A stretch of DNA of 64,000 nucleotides from Flaccisagitta enflata (taxonomy: Eukaryota), in contig OZ231126.1 of the NCBI GenBank assembly GCA_965153355.1, positions 27,590,001-27,654,000 on the forward strand, in the 5' to 3' direction. The translations under genes and the position numbers were made by a program. The notes beneath the pieces were generated by a model. That model made no database searches, was not told the origin of the DNA, and saw only the letters and a program-made list of their open reading frames with translations. This document shows, one piece after another, positions 11,889-24,858 of this stretch (position 1 is the first letter of the stretch; each line of letters opens with the position of its first letter).

Positions 11889-12730
11889 GATTTGAGGTCT
11901 CAGATGCCTGATTTGAGGTCTCAGATGCCTGATTAGAGGTCTCAGATGCCTGATTAGAGGTCTCAGATGCCTGATTTGAGGTCTCAGATGCCTGATTTGA
12001 GGTCTCAGATGCCTGATTTGAGGTCTCAGATGCCTGATTTGAGGTCTCAGATGCCTGATTTGAGGTCTCAGATGCCTGATTTGAGGTCTCAGATGCCTGA
12101 TTTGAGGTCTCAGATGCCTGATTTGAGGTCTCAGATGCCTGATTTGAGGTCTCAGATGCCTGATTTGAGGTCTCAGATGCCTGATTTGAGGTCTCAGATG
12201 CCTGATTTGAGGTCTCAGATGCCTGATTCTGGGTCTAATTCAGGGCTCGAGGCCTGATTATGGGCTGGGAAGGTTTGATCTGGGTCTGATAGGCCTACTT
12301 TGAGGTATAGAAGGCGTGATTTTGGGTTTGAAAGGCGTTTTGGGGTCTGAAAAGGCCAGATTTGGATCTGAGAGGACTGAATTAGGTATTGATAGGCCTG
12401 AATTTGGTATTGATTGGCCTGATTTGAGGTCTAGATGGCCTGATCTGGGTTCCAGCAGGCCTGATTTGGGGTATGTCAAGGCCTGATTTTAGATCTGAAA
12501 GGCCTGATTGGGGTTCTGAGAGGCCTGATTGGGGTTCTAAAGGGCCTAATTTAAGGTCTGGAAAGCCTAATTTGGGGTCTGAAAGGCCTGATTGAGGTTC
12601 TGAGAGGCCTAGATTGAGGTCTGGAAGGCCTGATTTGGGATCTGATAGGCCTGATTTGGGGTCTGAAAGGCCTGATTTTGGGTCTGAAAGGCCTGATTTG
12701 TGGTCTGAAAGGCCTAATTCAAGGCTCAGG
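11889..12730. repeat. 21-bp minisatellite (gatttgaggtctcagatgcct), homogeneous to ~12227 then degenerate
   Basis: About 16 near-perfect units followed by diverged units of the same period. Confidence 0.92.
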
Positions 12731-13930
12731 AGGCCATGTATTGTATCTGACGACTGTCTCTGACAACTGTTTCCAACGATTGTCTTCAACGATTGCTTGA
12801 GCTGGCGTTAGGTCTTTTCTCTCTTGGCATTTACCGTTTGATTTTGCCTCTGGCGTTAGGTTTTGTCTTAGGCGTCGGTTCCTTTTCTTTGGCGCCGGGT
12901 CATTGACTATGGCATTGGGACTAGCGATTTGTTTCCGAATCTGCAGTTTTGGGCGTGTTAAAACTGCTTTCTCCCGGTCTTTTGTTGGGAGACAGGAATA
13001 ACAACGATATCGCCAAGATGCATTGATTAAAGATTTTATAAAAGAGTTTTTTGAATTATGTCGCCTAACGAATATTTGTTTTTCCTTTATAAAAGTGAAA
13101 TTTGATTTATTTAGTCGTTCGAAAACAGGTTGATTCAACACTTATAACACTTTTAGCTGTAATCACTGAGGGAATCGGGGCAAAACTACAAAAACGTCAT
13201 GATGGCGCCTTTTGTATTCACGCAAGCTATCAGATGATACATCAATCAAAGTTATGAATCAATGTGCTGGACTCTAGGGAGGGGGGAAGAGGGGGGTGGC
13301 TACAGTTTTCGTTCTAATTCACTCAAATCTATAGATTGAAGTGATTGGAAATTGGAAAAAGAGAGAAGTTAAGCATGGTTGCCTTCAACTTTTGGAAATT
13401 CTGAAAGATATCAGAGCATCGATGTAAGATAGTAGATCATTTTCAAGGACCTAAATTTTGTTCTGATCTGGAAAATGGATGCTAAGTGCACTCGCTTCTC
13501 GCCTCTCTCCAGTCTCTAGCTCGTTTGCTTTTAATCTTGGCCCACGGGGAGTTGTTTTCCACATTTCGACGCTTTCTTGTTGATACAGCCCCTCTTTAGC
13601 TTTCATCTCGTATACATAGTTCCTGATTCTGTTACTAATTAGATTTCCTCTCCTCCTACTCCACCAACCCGTTATGAACATCACAATTTTAGTAACGCCG
13701 AATTTTGAATCGAATCGATGGGGTGATTGAGGTTTTTAGCGCATGCTCAAACATATGACAAATGAATAGGAAAATATCTTTTTTGTCACCGACGGAGTTT
13801 ACAAATCACAATAACACGCGCGACTAAGACGCATGAGAAATTCTTGATAACCCCCTCCCCTCTTTACAATCGTTCTCTCTCACGCCCCCTCTTAGCACAC
13901 ACTCGCGCAACTACTTTTTTCAGAGGTGAA

Positions 13931-14009
13931 TTTTTAATGTTTTTAATGTTTTTAATGTTTTTAATGTTTTTAATGTTTTTAATGTTTTTAATGTTTTTAA
14001 TGTTTTTTT
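13931..14009. repeat. 9-bp tandem repeat (tttttaatg)
   Basis: About 8 perfect units. Confidence 0.9.
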
Positions 14010-14749
14010 ATTCATCCTTCTTTTTGGTTGGCTTTCTAAATTTCTAGATTCCTAATATCTCACTGCCCAATATCTCACTCCTATATTTTGAGGTTGCTAT
14101 TCTATTTTTGAAATTTGCCCTCCTAGCCAAAAAATCAGCTTTTCTAGGCCTTCAATACACTCGCTTAGGTAATTTACTATGAACTTCATAAGGTATTAGC
14201 TCAGATTAAATTACTCTTCCATTTCAAATAATCACTTGATCTTTGAGCAGGGCACTGGGTGTTACTAACCATGTGCAATCCTAAGATGAATGATGCATCA
14301 TAGTATTCATAGTAATCTTACTCTGGCCTGGATCAATCGTCTGCAGTTTACTACCCTACATCTGTACATATAACGCGGCCCTCTGTTCTACGATCTGATC
14401 GGCGGATTTACATTTCCTTCTCCGTATCCATTTCCTCTCTCTCTCCATCTCACATCGACGGAGCTTGATTTATTTAACGCCTCTCGTTGGGGTGTCTTCC
14501 CCCCTCTGCCGATTCACTCTCTCTTTGAATTTCTACTCTTTTGATTCCTGTGAAGATTTTTGTGTGTCTGACGCATCGGAAAATACGTTTATATACAATC
14601 GTATCTGTATCGGGGAGAGACTCGAGTCGAAAGACGCCAAATTTGGAAAGTGAAAGTGCCAACTGAGAAAAGAAGAAATGTTTGTCATCTTGCTTACTTT
14701 CTCAGTTGGCGACCTCCAGGGGTCTCGCGTCCCATTCAAATTAAGTCCC

Positions 14750-14780
<31 letters not shown>

Positions 14781-16033
14781 TGTGTGTGTGTGTGAGAGAG
14801 TGAGTTGACTTTCCCTTTCAAGGTCACCCTAGGGAAACAATTTCGTTCTTCAAACTGAGAAAAAGAGGTGTAATAGGTGAGGGTGGAGAAGGCAAGGGTG
14901 GTATGTAGGGGGAGGAATTGTAAACGATCTTAACTCTCAAGCAATTTCTGATTAGAAGATTAAGTACCTACACAATACACAGGCATTCTGAGAAGACCGG
15001 GCCTAGGGACTAATTTTCTCGCTTTGCGAAACAGCTGAATCTTGTCTTGGATTGAAATTGTTTTTATTTCCCTAAGAAATAGTTTTCATAAACATTTGTG
15101 TTTTGTAAGTTTTTGATTCGCCGAATTCCTCCAGCGTCCAATAAATTTGAACCAGGAATGATGAGATAGCGCATGTGATGAAGAGAGGAACGTTGTGTAG
15201 GCGCTGCTGCATTTCTGTAAACAAGAAAAGAATAGTTGTAACGGTCACCCATTGGCCGCGATAATTTCTCTTTACAATCAGCTTTCGCTTTAGCGGGTAT
15301 TAAGGGACTAAAAAAAAATTCAGATTTTGGTCTAATCTGACTTCAGCGGATAATTCTGTTTCGGTTGGCCCTTGTATAAGATATTTCCCATTCTTTTATT
15401 TCGTTAGAACGGGGTTCTTCTGTATTCAGCGTTCATTCTGTTGGCACACTGACGGATCATCTAATGACCAGACTAACCTTTCTCAGTAAGAATCTCAGAC
15501 TGGAGGCTCTTTAATGTCGTGACAGTTTTTATCTGGTCTTTCCTTTGTCGGGCATTTTCTTTTCTTTTCTAAACCCAGAAAAAATATTTTCGCCTGATTG
15601 CTTTTTTTCAATTCCCAACGTAAGGATAGATGTTTTTGTCTCTCGATGCGCGTTGCGTTGTCTTTTTTACTGATGGGAATAATTCAATTAAAGAATTCAA
15701 CTCGCCTTTATTTTTTATTTTTCTTCAATTCAGTTTATTTTGAGAGCGAAAAATTTTATGATTTTCTGTGACATTACTCTTACCGACGCGCAAGTGGGAA
15801 GGTTCAGATCAAGAATGGCGTTTTTCTTTGCTTTTTATTTCTTACATCAATGGAGTATATCCGATTCCTTAAAATGCAATTATTAAAAGGAAAATTTTAA
15901 AGTCAACATTCATCAGATATACAAACAATTCTCGCCACGAAATTATGCTTGGCGCTCTGTGCTCGCTCTTTGGTGATTTGACCTTATAAAGTCGGGGTCT
16001 TTTTTTCTTATATTTAATTTGATATAAAAGGTC

Positions 16034-17911
16034 GGATCGAATTAGTTAAAGATGTCTCATGTAGGGTAGCGAGGGGTGGGAGGGGTGGGGGGAGGGTGGT
16101 GGGACAAACTCGCCCCACATAAAATTGACCCTATTATTTAACCTAGCATGAATTTGTCTCCCCCTGGTTTCCCTCAGTTCACCTACGGGTCTACCTCTTG
16201 GTCCCCCTGGGTCCACCCCTAGGTTCTTTTTTATATTTTAAAATATGATAAAATTGCTAGTTTGCAAAAAGTACAAAAATCTCATTTACATATTGCAGTC
16301 TCAATACCTTTAAGTTCAAAGGATTTCATAATTCAAGAAACCAAAAAGGGTGGTGGTGGGGGAGGGTGGTGGTTCAAACTGAAAGTGTTTATAAAATACA
16401 CGACTATTATTTAAGATAAAATGAAAATGTCTACCCCTCGGTCTACCCCTCGGTCAATCTACGGGTCTACCACTGGGTCTACCACTGGGTCTACCCCTCG
16501 GTTCTTTTTTATACTTCAAAAATTTGATAAAATTGCTAATTTACAAAAAGTACAAAAATCTCATTTACATATTGCAGTTTCAATACCTTTAAGTTCAAGG
16601 AATTTTATGATTCAAAAAACAAAAATGGGTGGTGGTGGGGGAGGGTGGTGGTTCAAACTGAAAATGCACAGCTATCATTTAATTTACAGCCTAGAGAAAA
16701 GAAACATTTTGCAGATATATATATAGACATTTTTCCCATAGCAAGTAAAATATTTCATTCGTGGTAAAACAAAACCTTTTACCTTAAGCAAGTTAAAATT
16801 TGCCTAACCCCAACACAGGCCATGTTTTTAAATAACATTTTCAGCCTAAACCTAACACAACCCAGCACAAACTAATACAACCCTTAACCTAGCTAATACA
16901 GCCTCAACCTAAATAGCATTTCTATTTCATTATTGTTTGCTTTAAATAAGCATTGCCTAACACAACACAGCTATAACACAAATAACTGTATAACTAAGTC
17001 ACCTAACCTAAGCTAACACTCCCATAGCAACGCCAGAAGCTCAGCACCTAAGCCGACCAAACACAACTAACGCTGGCTTATGTTTTGAGTCCTTAATATT
17101 AAACCTTGTGGGAACTTGCTAAACGAGCCTAACCGCTGCGAAGGCGGCGTCCATTTTCTGGAATTATTAATACAAGTTGTTATGCAAAAATTTATATTTA
17201 AATTAAAGTTGAAGTTGTATTTTTTTTGACAAAAGTTAGAAAGCCCGTTGCAAATATTGGGGTGGAACAGGAATTTGTGTTAGTTTTAAGGATCAAGGAT
17301 GTATTAGAGAGATTTCAAATTAGGAGTTGTATTGGGTTTAGTGACACAGTAGGAATAGCGCTGGATATAAATGTTAAGGTGCAGGTTAGGGACTGTGTTG
17401 GGTTTAGGGCCATGGATTGTGTTGGGTTTGGGGTTAGGGTTTGTATTAGGTTTAGGAGTTAGGGGGTTGTGTTGGGTTTAGTGTTTTTTAAAACAAGTTA
17501 GAGGTAGTTGTAATGTGAGATTAGGTCCAAGAGGGTTGTGTTGGGTTTAGGGTTAGGGGTTGTATTGGGTTTAGGGTTAAGGGTTGAGTTGGATTTAGGG
17601 TAAGGGGTTGTGTTGGGTTTAGGGCTAAGGGTTGCGTTAGATTTAGGGTTAGGGGTTGTGTTAGGTTTAAGGTTAAGGGCTTTATCAAGTTAAAAGCTCA
17701 AACACCTCTTTTACTGATACTACACACCCTTCACACCACCCCTCACCCCACCCTACCCCTAGACCCCACGCTTTACCCTCCCACACCTGGCACACCTCAC
17801 CCCTCGCTACCCCTACATAATTTCAAACCACCCTTCACTTTTTGACCACCCCTAGCTACCCCTCACTACCCCTCACTTCCCCTCATGAGACATCTATAAC
17901 TAATTTTAGCC
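16034..17911. mobile_element. Non-autonomous DNA transposon, Merlin-like (GG...CC termini, 8-bp TSD)
   Basis: Imperfect TIRs ggatcgaattagttaaagatgtctcatg...catgagacatctataactaattttagcc; TSD aaaaggtc at 16026-16033 and 17912-17919; internal ~280-bp duplication and TTAGGG-rich repeats. Confidence 0.7.
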
Positions 17912-18563
17912 AAAAGGTCTTTGAGCTTGCCTCTAACCATCATCATGCGCAGCGTTTTTACGCCCGATTTCGGTTTTGGAAGAGCTGCTCAAAAGAAAAT
18001 AAGCACCTGTTTATTTAACTGCAAACCGAATGAAAAAAAAAAAAAAAGAATTCCCTTATGGAACTGATTCGCTGTTAAGTAAGAAGAAATCCCTACAAAG
18101 AGCAGAAAGAGGGGCTGGTCGATTTACGACATGGCGTACTAACCAAGAACCTAACGGGCTTAAAATAGTTCTTTACTCTCTTCAAGGGGCCTCCGTCTAG
18201 TTTTCATCATAAGATATATATTTTACATCAACCTAACTTGAAAGACTTAAAAAAAAAACTCTTGTGTCATTCGTCCCGCGAAGACTACATTCACCGGCCT
18301 GGTGACATATATAGTTTATCTGGTCTTTCATTCGTTTTAACACTCAAATATTAATAGTGTCCGTTGTATCGCGTACTTTCGGTTATTTGACTGTAGGGTG
18401 TGCTGGTTAATGATTGCTGGTCGGTTAGCCTGTCTGCATTTGCGCAAGAACGACCGCGCGTGGCCTAACACGCCACTGGTTTTGTTTGGAGTTGCTAGTT
18501 GAGGAAATTCCAGATATACTGTAATGTTTACAATTGAGCCCATACCTTTGCACTGGCTCTACA

Positions 18564-18898
18564 ATGAACCTGAAGACGTCGACATTAAACATTTTTGGTT
18601 GCTTCATTATCTGTTGGATACTTTTCACTATGGTCCTGTTGGAAATCTTCGACCGGGCTGCCATGAATCGTTATTTTCCATTTCAAAGTAAAAATGCCCA
18701 ATTGCACCTTGCAAGGGATCAGACGGAAGAAACCGACGAAGAAACAGAAACGGAAGACGTCTTTAATGAAGAACGGGACCAATCCTTAGTAAAACAGAAA
18801 ACGGAACTAGCTGCCATCATTGGCCGGATTCGGGAAAATGCAAATGAATTCACGATCTTTAAGGGCGATGTTTCGGCAGCTGATCGGAAAACTTTGGA
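18564..18898 (+). CDS. Putative first coding exon of the CK2-like kinase (signal-anchor-like segment plus acidic stem); 3' boundary uncertain
   Basis: ATG at 18564; MNLKTSTLN-IFGCFIICWILFTMVLLEIF-DRAAM...DQTEETDEETETEDVFNEE. Separated from the kinase exons mostly by repeat insertions. Only a weak phase-2 donor (GA|GTTCAT) fits the 20275 acceptor. Confidence 0.45.
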
Positions 18899-19131
18899 GT
18901 TCATTGTTACTTTGCACTGCATAAGATACAACGTTTAAACCTAATGTGGTTCTCTGGTCTTTCCTGATACACTTTCGCCAATTCTTTCTCCGCGAAGTCC
19001 TGCGTCGGGGTCAAAGAGTGAGGTTGGAAATGTCCGGGTCAGATTGGAGGACCGATAGACAGGGGTGGGGGGGAATAAAATCAAAGGATTTGGAAATGGG
19101 GAAGCGAATCAAAGGGTGGAAAAACAGTAAT

Positions 19132-20191
19132 AGTCGCAAAAGCGTCAGATGGTCAGCGGTACCCGTGCCCTGCCCAAGTAGGTTGCGAATTTGTGATTGA
19201 GGCTGGGGGAAAGAGCCGGGCAGCGGCCCCGAAGGGGTCGATGACCCATGCTTTCACAAATATGAGGAATTTTCTCCTGCTTCTAGCAATTGGGAATGGG
19301 ACCTTAGGGCTGGCATTTTGGATGGGGATTTGGGCCTTGAGACTGGGATTTGGGCCCCGAGTAAAGGATTTGGATCTTGAGGTTGGGTTTTTGGCCTCGA
19401 GGCTTTGATTTGGGCCTCAAACTGGGATTTGGGCCTTGAGGCTAGGATTTGGGTCTCAAGGATGGGATTTTGGCCTCAAGAATGGGATTTGGGCCTCAAG
19501 GATAGGATTAGGACCTTGAGGCTGGGATATTCGGGTGTGTCAATATGTAAAATGTCTTTTAATCTAACCATCAATATTAGAGAATAAAAATAAATAATTT
19601 TTAAGATCTTTAGTATTTTTATTTTTTCAAATTTCATCTATCTTCGGTTTTTTTCAAAACCCTTATTCAGCCCTTAATTTGTATATTGCTGTGGTGTTGA
19701 TTACATGCAAGAATGATTGGTTATAGGATAATGAAGTTGAAATGCTTTGCAATTTTGATTTTGATTCCAATTGCAAACAGAATGAAAAAATCATTTTCTT
19801 TATAGAAATTTAAAAAATAAAGAAAAAAATATATTCTCAAAGAGTTCATCGACTTTATTTACACCAAAACTGAGTGCAGTCACTCAAAGTATATATATTT
19901 TTGTTAATATTCAATCGCGCTAAAAAAACGGAAGATACATGAATTTTGAAAAAATAAAGATGGTAAAGGTCTTAGAATTCATTTCTCTACATTCCCTAAA
20001 GTCGATGATCAGATCAAACGAACTTTTGCATATTGACACACCCGACTGGGATATAGGCCTCAAGACTGGGATTTAGGCCTCCAAGTAGGATTTGGGTTGG
20101 CGGGGGGGGGGGACGGAGAAGGAGAAGGAGAAAATTCCCCATGTGTGTGAAAGCATAGGTCATCGACCCCTTCGGGGCCGCTGCCCAAAAA
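19132..20191. mobile_element. Family D element interrupted by a 9-bp-TSD insertion
   Basis: gggcagcggccccgaaggggtcgatgacc ... ggtcatcgaccccttcggggccgctgcccaaaaa with internal 21-bp repeats. Confidence 0.7.
19531..20045. mobile_element. Mutator (MULE)-like MITE
   Basis: TIRs tcgggtgtgtcaatatg...catattgacacacccga; 9-bp TSD ctgggatat at 19522-19530 and 20046-20054. Confidence 0.75.
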
Positions 20192-20274
20192 GGAAATTCA
20201 AATAGATTTTGCACTTTTAGCAGAATTACTATATAAGAAATAGTAATAGTGCAATTTAATGACGGCCTTCTTAG

Positions 20275-20450
20275 TGGAGTAGAGCACTTCGAATACCCAT
20301 TGGAGTACTCGCGAAGGCCCAAATCATTCATTAACGTAAATGAGAATGCGTCATTTCTGCCGAGAGAGAATTCGCTAGCGTCATTTCGTCATCACAAACG
20401 ATATTACTTATACGACGAGCATTACATTGTTTGGCAAGACTTAGAAGCTA
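20275..20450 (+). CDS. CK2-alpha-like kinase, exon with CK2 N-terminal segment (5' boundary uncertain)
   Basis: ...SRRPKSFINVNEN...KRYYLYDEHYIVWQDLEA resembles CK2alpha SRARVYTDVN...REYWDYESHVVEWG; phase-1 GTAAGT donor at 20451. Confidence 0.75.
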
Positions 20451-20792
20451 GTAAGTCAAATATATGGAAAGATACTTGACAATTTAGAGATAGTTATCTT
20501 TGTGAGGTGACATATTTGGAATGGGTATCTTTGCGAGGTGGTTCAGTGAAGGTTAAAGATAACCGGATACATGGAAACAGTCGCGGGTGGGTGGGTAGGG
20601 GCGCCGATGAAGGTCAGTGTGGCAGTGAGGTCAACAACCTTAAACACATCACAACCGACCGATTGACGCGCTCAAGGCGTGTATTCTCGCAATACATTGC
20701 ATCCTGTGTACGTTGAAAGATTGTCGTGGGCTGAATATGGCGAGTGTTTTTGGGTGTGCACTACTATTCATGGATCCATATGAACTGTTTAG

Positions 20793-20911
20793 ATTATGCG
20801 TTGACCAAGGAGCTTGGCTCCGGGCATTACTGCGAAACTTACCTGGCGGAAGATCGCAAACGAAAAGTTGAAGTTGTCATCAAGTTTTTAAAGCCTGTCA
20901 GAATATCCAAG
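20793..20911 (+). CDS. CK2-alpha-like kinase, Gly-loop and beta3 Lys exon
   Basis: (N)YALTKELGSGHYCETYLAEDRKRKVEVVIKFLKPVRISK; AG/GT boundaries, phase 1/0. Confidence 0.9.
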
Positions 20912-21052
20912 GTTTGCCTACTCATGTCTTATTGGATTAACCTGTTGAACAGTTTTACAATCTTGATCGTAACTGTCTTCTTAAATCCTTGTGTGATTTA
21001 ACTCCCATTTCTGTGTCCATCTACGGCGTTTGTGATCTCGTACGGTATTTAG

Positions 21053-21325
21053 GTGAAAAGAGAACTAACGATCTTGGAGAAAGTTCGGAATGTTTCCCAT
21101 GTAGTCAACTTATTGGGACCAGTTCGTGATTCTGAAGGGACGCCCGCGTTCGCTTTGGAGTTTGAACCCCACGATGAAGGCCGTTACGAGTCGATGACCA
21201 TCGCAGAGATCAAGATCTTTATGAGGCAGCTATTAAAGGCGTTGAAAGCAGTTCATTCCCTCGGGATTATACACAGAGATATCAAGCCCAGCAATTTAAG
21301 ATATGACTTCGAGAGAATGCGATTG
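21053..21325 (+). CDS. CK2-alpha-like kinase, alphaC to catalytic loop exon
   Basis: VKRELTILEK...LLKALKAVHSLGIIHRDIKPSNLRYDFERMRL; 273 nt, phase 0/0; GTACGT donor. Confidence 0.93.
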
Positions 21326-21570
21326 GTACGTGGTTTCCCTGTCTGACATGTCTGCATGTGGCCATACTGTTAAGCATGTCTTTGTTTGGCTTTGAGGTAG
21401 ACCAGATCGATTGATAGTCGCCCTGAAGCCTGCGCCTCAGGTATACTGGCGCTTCCACACGGCGTATCTGCAGATCTCTGCTTCTCTCCGACTGTCAGAC
21501 AAATATGCGTTGTTTCTAAATTTTTTGTGTTTTGCTTTTGGGCAGCGACCCCGAAGGGGTCGATGACATA

Positions 21571-24319
21571 CAGTGCGGCGCAAAAGAAAGTTTTTGGTAG
21601 TATTTAATCCTATTTTATAGCAGTAGACATACCCTTTTAACTATTTTCTTATCAACTATTATTTAGACTACTATACTTGAATGAACCTTCAGTTTGCCAA
21701 AAAAGTGAAAAATGGCGCAGTATCAAAAAAAAAGTTGCAAGGGTGTCTCTTTAGGTTTCATCACCCTAATGCCTTAAAATCTATTGAAAATGAACACTTA
21801 ACTGCTTAACTATGGGCCAGAACCATAGAAAATCCATGACCGTTTGAAAGCTCTGCAAAAAGTCTTTTAAATGCAAGAAGGTAAGAAGAAAAGAATCACT
21901 GATTGAAAAAAATGCTCTTTTTTTATTTTTGTCCCCGACGAACAGTTTTCGTCGGTGACTATGTGATGGACCTGATCGTGTAGTCTGTTGTCGTCGTCGT
22001 CGTTCGTTCGTTTAAAACCTTCTCATATCTTTTGAACCAGACCTCAGAAGTTCATGAAACTTTACCAGTGGTATTTTTATGTCAATGGGAGTTTGTGTAC
22101 CAATTTTCAGAAAAATTCATTAACTTTTACTACCCTTTGCCTATTATTTTTGTAGTAATATTTAGCTGGGACTTAGGTGGTTTACATAGGTAGAGGGTAG
22201 TAAAGGTTAATGATTTTTTTTTTAATTTGGTATACAAGTAGAGGGTAGTAAATAAACATCCCCTGCAAAATTCGAATTAAATCTGAGGTCTGGTTTATGA
22301 GATATTAGCTTATTTATGTAGTAGTATGTTGCTAGGACTTAGGGCAATTTACATAGGCAAAGGGTGGTAAAGGTATGTGAATTTTTTCCTTATTTGGTAC
22401 ACAAGTAGAGGGTAGTAAATAAATAACCCCTGCAAAATTCGAATTAAATCTGAGGTCTGGTTTATGAGATATTAGCTTATTTATGTAGTATTATGTTACT
22501 ATGACTTAGGCAGTTTACATAGGCAAAGGGTAGCAAAGTTATATGAATTCTTTTTTAATTTGGTATACAAGTAAAGGATATTAATTGAACTGCCCCTGCA
22601 AAATTTGAATTAAATCTGAAGTCTGATTTATAAGATATTAGCTTATTAATGTAGTAATATGTTACTAGGATTTATATAGAGGATTGGAGTTGATGAATTC
22701 TTTTACTTGCTCATTTATTACATTCTGATTTTTCTTTAGGTTTGCCATCATGGATTTCAAGATTCATCTTCAACTACTGTCATCATCTTCAACTACTGTC
22801 ATCATCTTCAACTACTGTCATCATCTTCAACTACTGTCATCATCTTCAACTACTGTCATCATCTTCAACTAATGTCATCATCTTCAGCTACTGTCATCAT
22901 CTTCAACTACTGTCATCATCCTCAACTACTGTCATCATCCTCAACTACTGTCATCATCTTCAACTACTGTCATCATCTTCAACTACTGTCATCATCTTCA
23001 ACTACTGTCATCATCTTCAACATTGTCATATCTTCAACTTGTCATCATCTTCAATTCCATTAATATCTTCAATTCATTCTGTCATCAACTTCATACTTTC
23101 ATTTTCAACTACTGTCATCATTTTCAACTACTGTCATCATCTTCAACTACTGTCATATCTTCAACTTCTTGTCATCATCTTCAACTACTGTCATCATTCA
23201 ATTACTGTCATCATCTTCACTACTGTCATCATCTTCAACTACTGTCATCATCTTCAACTACTGTCATCATCTTCAACTACTGTCATCTTTCAACTACTGT
23301 CATCATCCTCAACTTGTCATCTCGACTACAAATTTTTTGAAAATTTTTTAAAAATTTTGTGGAATTTTTAAAATTTTTTTGAAAAATTTTTGAAAATTTT
23401 TGAAAAATTTTGAAAAATTTTTTAAAATTTAAAAAATTTTTGAAAATTTTTGAAAAAAAATTTTTGAATTTTTTTGAATTTTTTTTTTGAAAATTTTTTT
23501 AAAAAATTTTTAAATATTTTCATTTAGATTTTTAGACTATTGTTATCATTATCAAGTTTTGTCATCATTAAAACAATATTGAATATTTTTTCTTCTTGAA
23601 ATTGCTGTCTTGTCGTGTATCTTATCGAGTTGCGTTTACGCAACGAGAAAGCTTCAAAAATTACAGTCCCCAGTCGGGGACTGTAATTTTGAAGCTTTTT
23701 TTTTCAACATTTGAGCAATTTTAGTTTTTATATTTTTGTCAATGATACAGCTTGAGATTGTCTAAGCAACTCGTTTTCCATGAGCAAATTAAAGAGCTTC
23801 AAATTTTCTTCAAAATGGCGCCAAGAACAAATTTGAACTCTTTGCGTTTAACTTTTTTGTTTGAATAAAGATAACCCATGAAAATCACTTAGTGAATTTC
23901 TAAATTCTTTACCACCTGTTTTCATCCTTATGCCTTTTTTAAATGGATAGAGCTAGGACATCCAGCAAGGAATCATTTGAAAGAGCTCTCACAGCTTCAA
24001 AATGGTATGTATTTCTCATTGCTTGGAAACAAGTAGTTCTATTTTTCCAGTTTATTCCCAAGTAGTTCTAGTTTATTCCCAAGTAGTTCTAGTTTATTCC
24101 CAAGTAGTTCTATTTTTCTAGTTTATTCCCAACTGATTTTTGAGACATCAATTTCAAACTTCTGTCACTTTCAAACAGTTTTACCGACATAATTGTGCTT
24201 GGCGGCAAATGCTTCATTTTTTGAAGCTTTAATTTTTTCATGATTTTTTCCAAAATCCATCAATTAATACCAGAGATATAACATGGAAAAGACTTAAAAC
24301 TTTTTTTTGCGCCGCACTG
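21571..24319. mobile_element. Tc1/mariner-like MITE containing a family A insertion
   Basis: TIRs cagtgcggcgcaaaagaaagtttt...aaaacttttttttgcgccgcactg; TA TSD. Confidence 0.8.
21926..23700 (+). mobile_element. Helentron/DINE-1-like family A, copy 2
   Basis: Same termini as the 3497 copy; three ~166-bp units; 19-bp array caactactgtcatcatctt at ~22765-23320. Confidence 0.8.
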
Positions 24320-24858
24320 TATGCTTTCACATGTGGGGAGTTTTCTTTTCCTCCTCATTCTCCTTCTTTATCCCCCCCCTCGACTCTAGGCCCAAATCCC
24401 AACCTCTAGACCAAAATCCCATTTCCAAGGCCCAAACCCCGTCCTTGAGGCCCCAACTCCGTCCTTGAGGCCCCAACTCCGTCCTTGAGGCCCCAACCCC
24501 GTCCTTGAGACCCAAATCCCATTCTTGATGCTTAAATCCCATTCTTGATACTTTACTCTTAGCTTCAAGGCCCAAATCTCTACCTGGTGGCCCAAATCTC
24601 AACCTTGAGGACCAAATCCCAGCCTCAAGGTCGGTATCCCCGCGACTAGGCCTAAATCCCACCTTCAAGGCTAAAATCCAGCCTTTAGCCCCATTTGCTA
24701 GAAGGAGGAGCACGACAAAATTCCTTGTGTGAAAGCAAAGGTCATTGACCCCTTTGGGGCCGCTGCCCTGCTCCTTCATCTTCAAGCACAACCTACTTAA
24801 GCAGGGCACAGGTACCGCTGACCATCTAACACTTTTGCGACCATTCTGGTTGTCACAG

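Larger units (their letters stand above)
21535..24845. mobile_element. Family D element split by nested insertions, in a kinase intron
   Basis: Left part ttttgggcagcgaccccgaaggggtcgatgacaTA resumes as TAtgctttcac at 24320, reconstituting the family motif gtcgatgacctatgctttcac. Confidence 0.75.

Noticed and set aside
11010-12789. Heptad-like ORFs (SGLKSGL, MPDLRSQ repeats)
   Set aside because: Artefacts of 21-bp tandem repeats that lack stops in some frames.
12719-13684. Minus-strand ORFs of 140 and 77 aa as a gene or transposase remnant
   Set aside because: No recognisable motif or consistent splice signals; cannot be supported without a search.
17385-17680. True telomere or chromosome-fusion site
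   Set aside because: Units are ~24 bp and degenerate, and they sit inside a TSD-flanked element.
22742-23371. 209-aa ORF with SSSTTVIIFNYCHHLQLL repeats
   Set aside because: Translation of the 19-bp minisatellite within a family A element.
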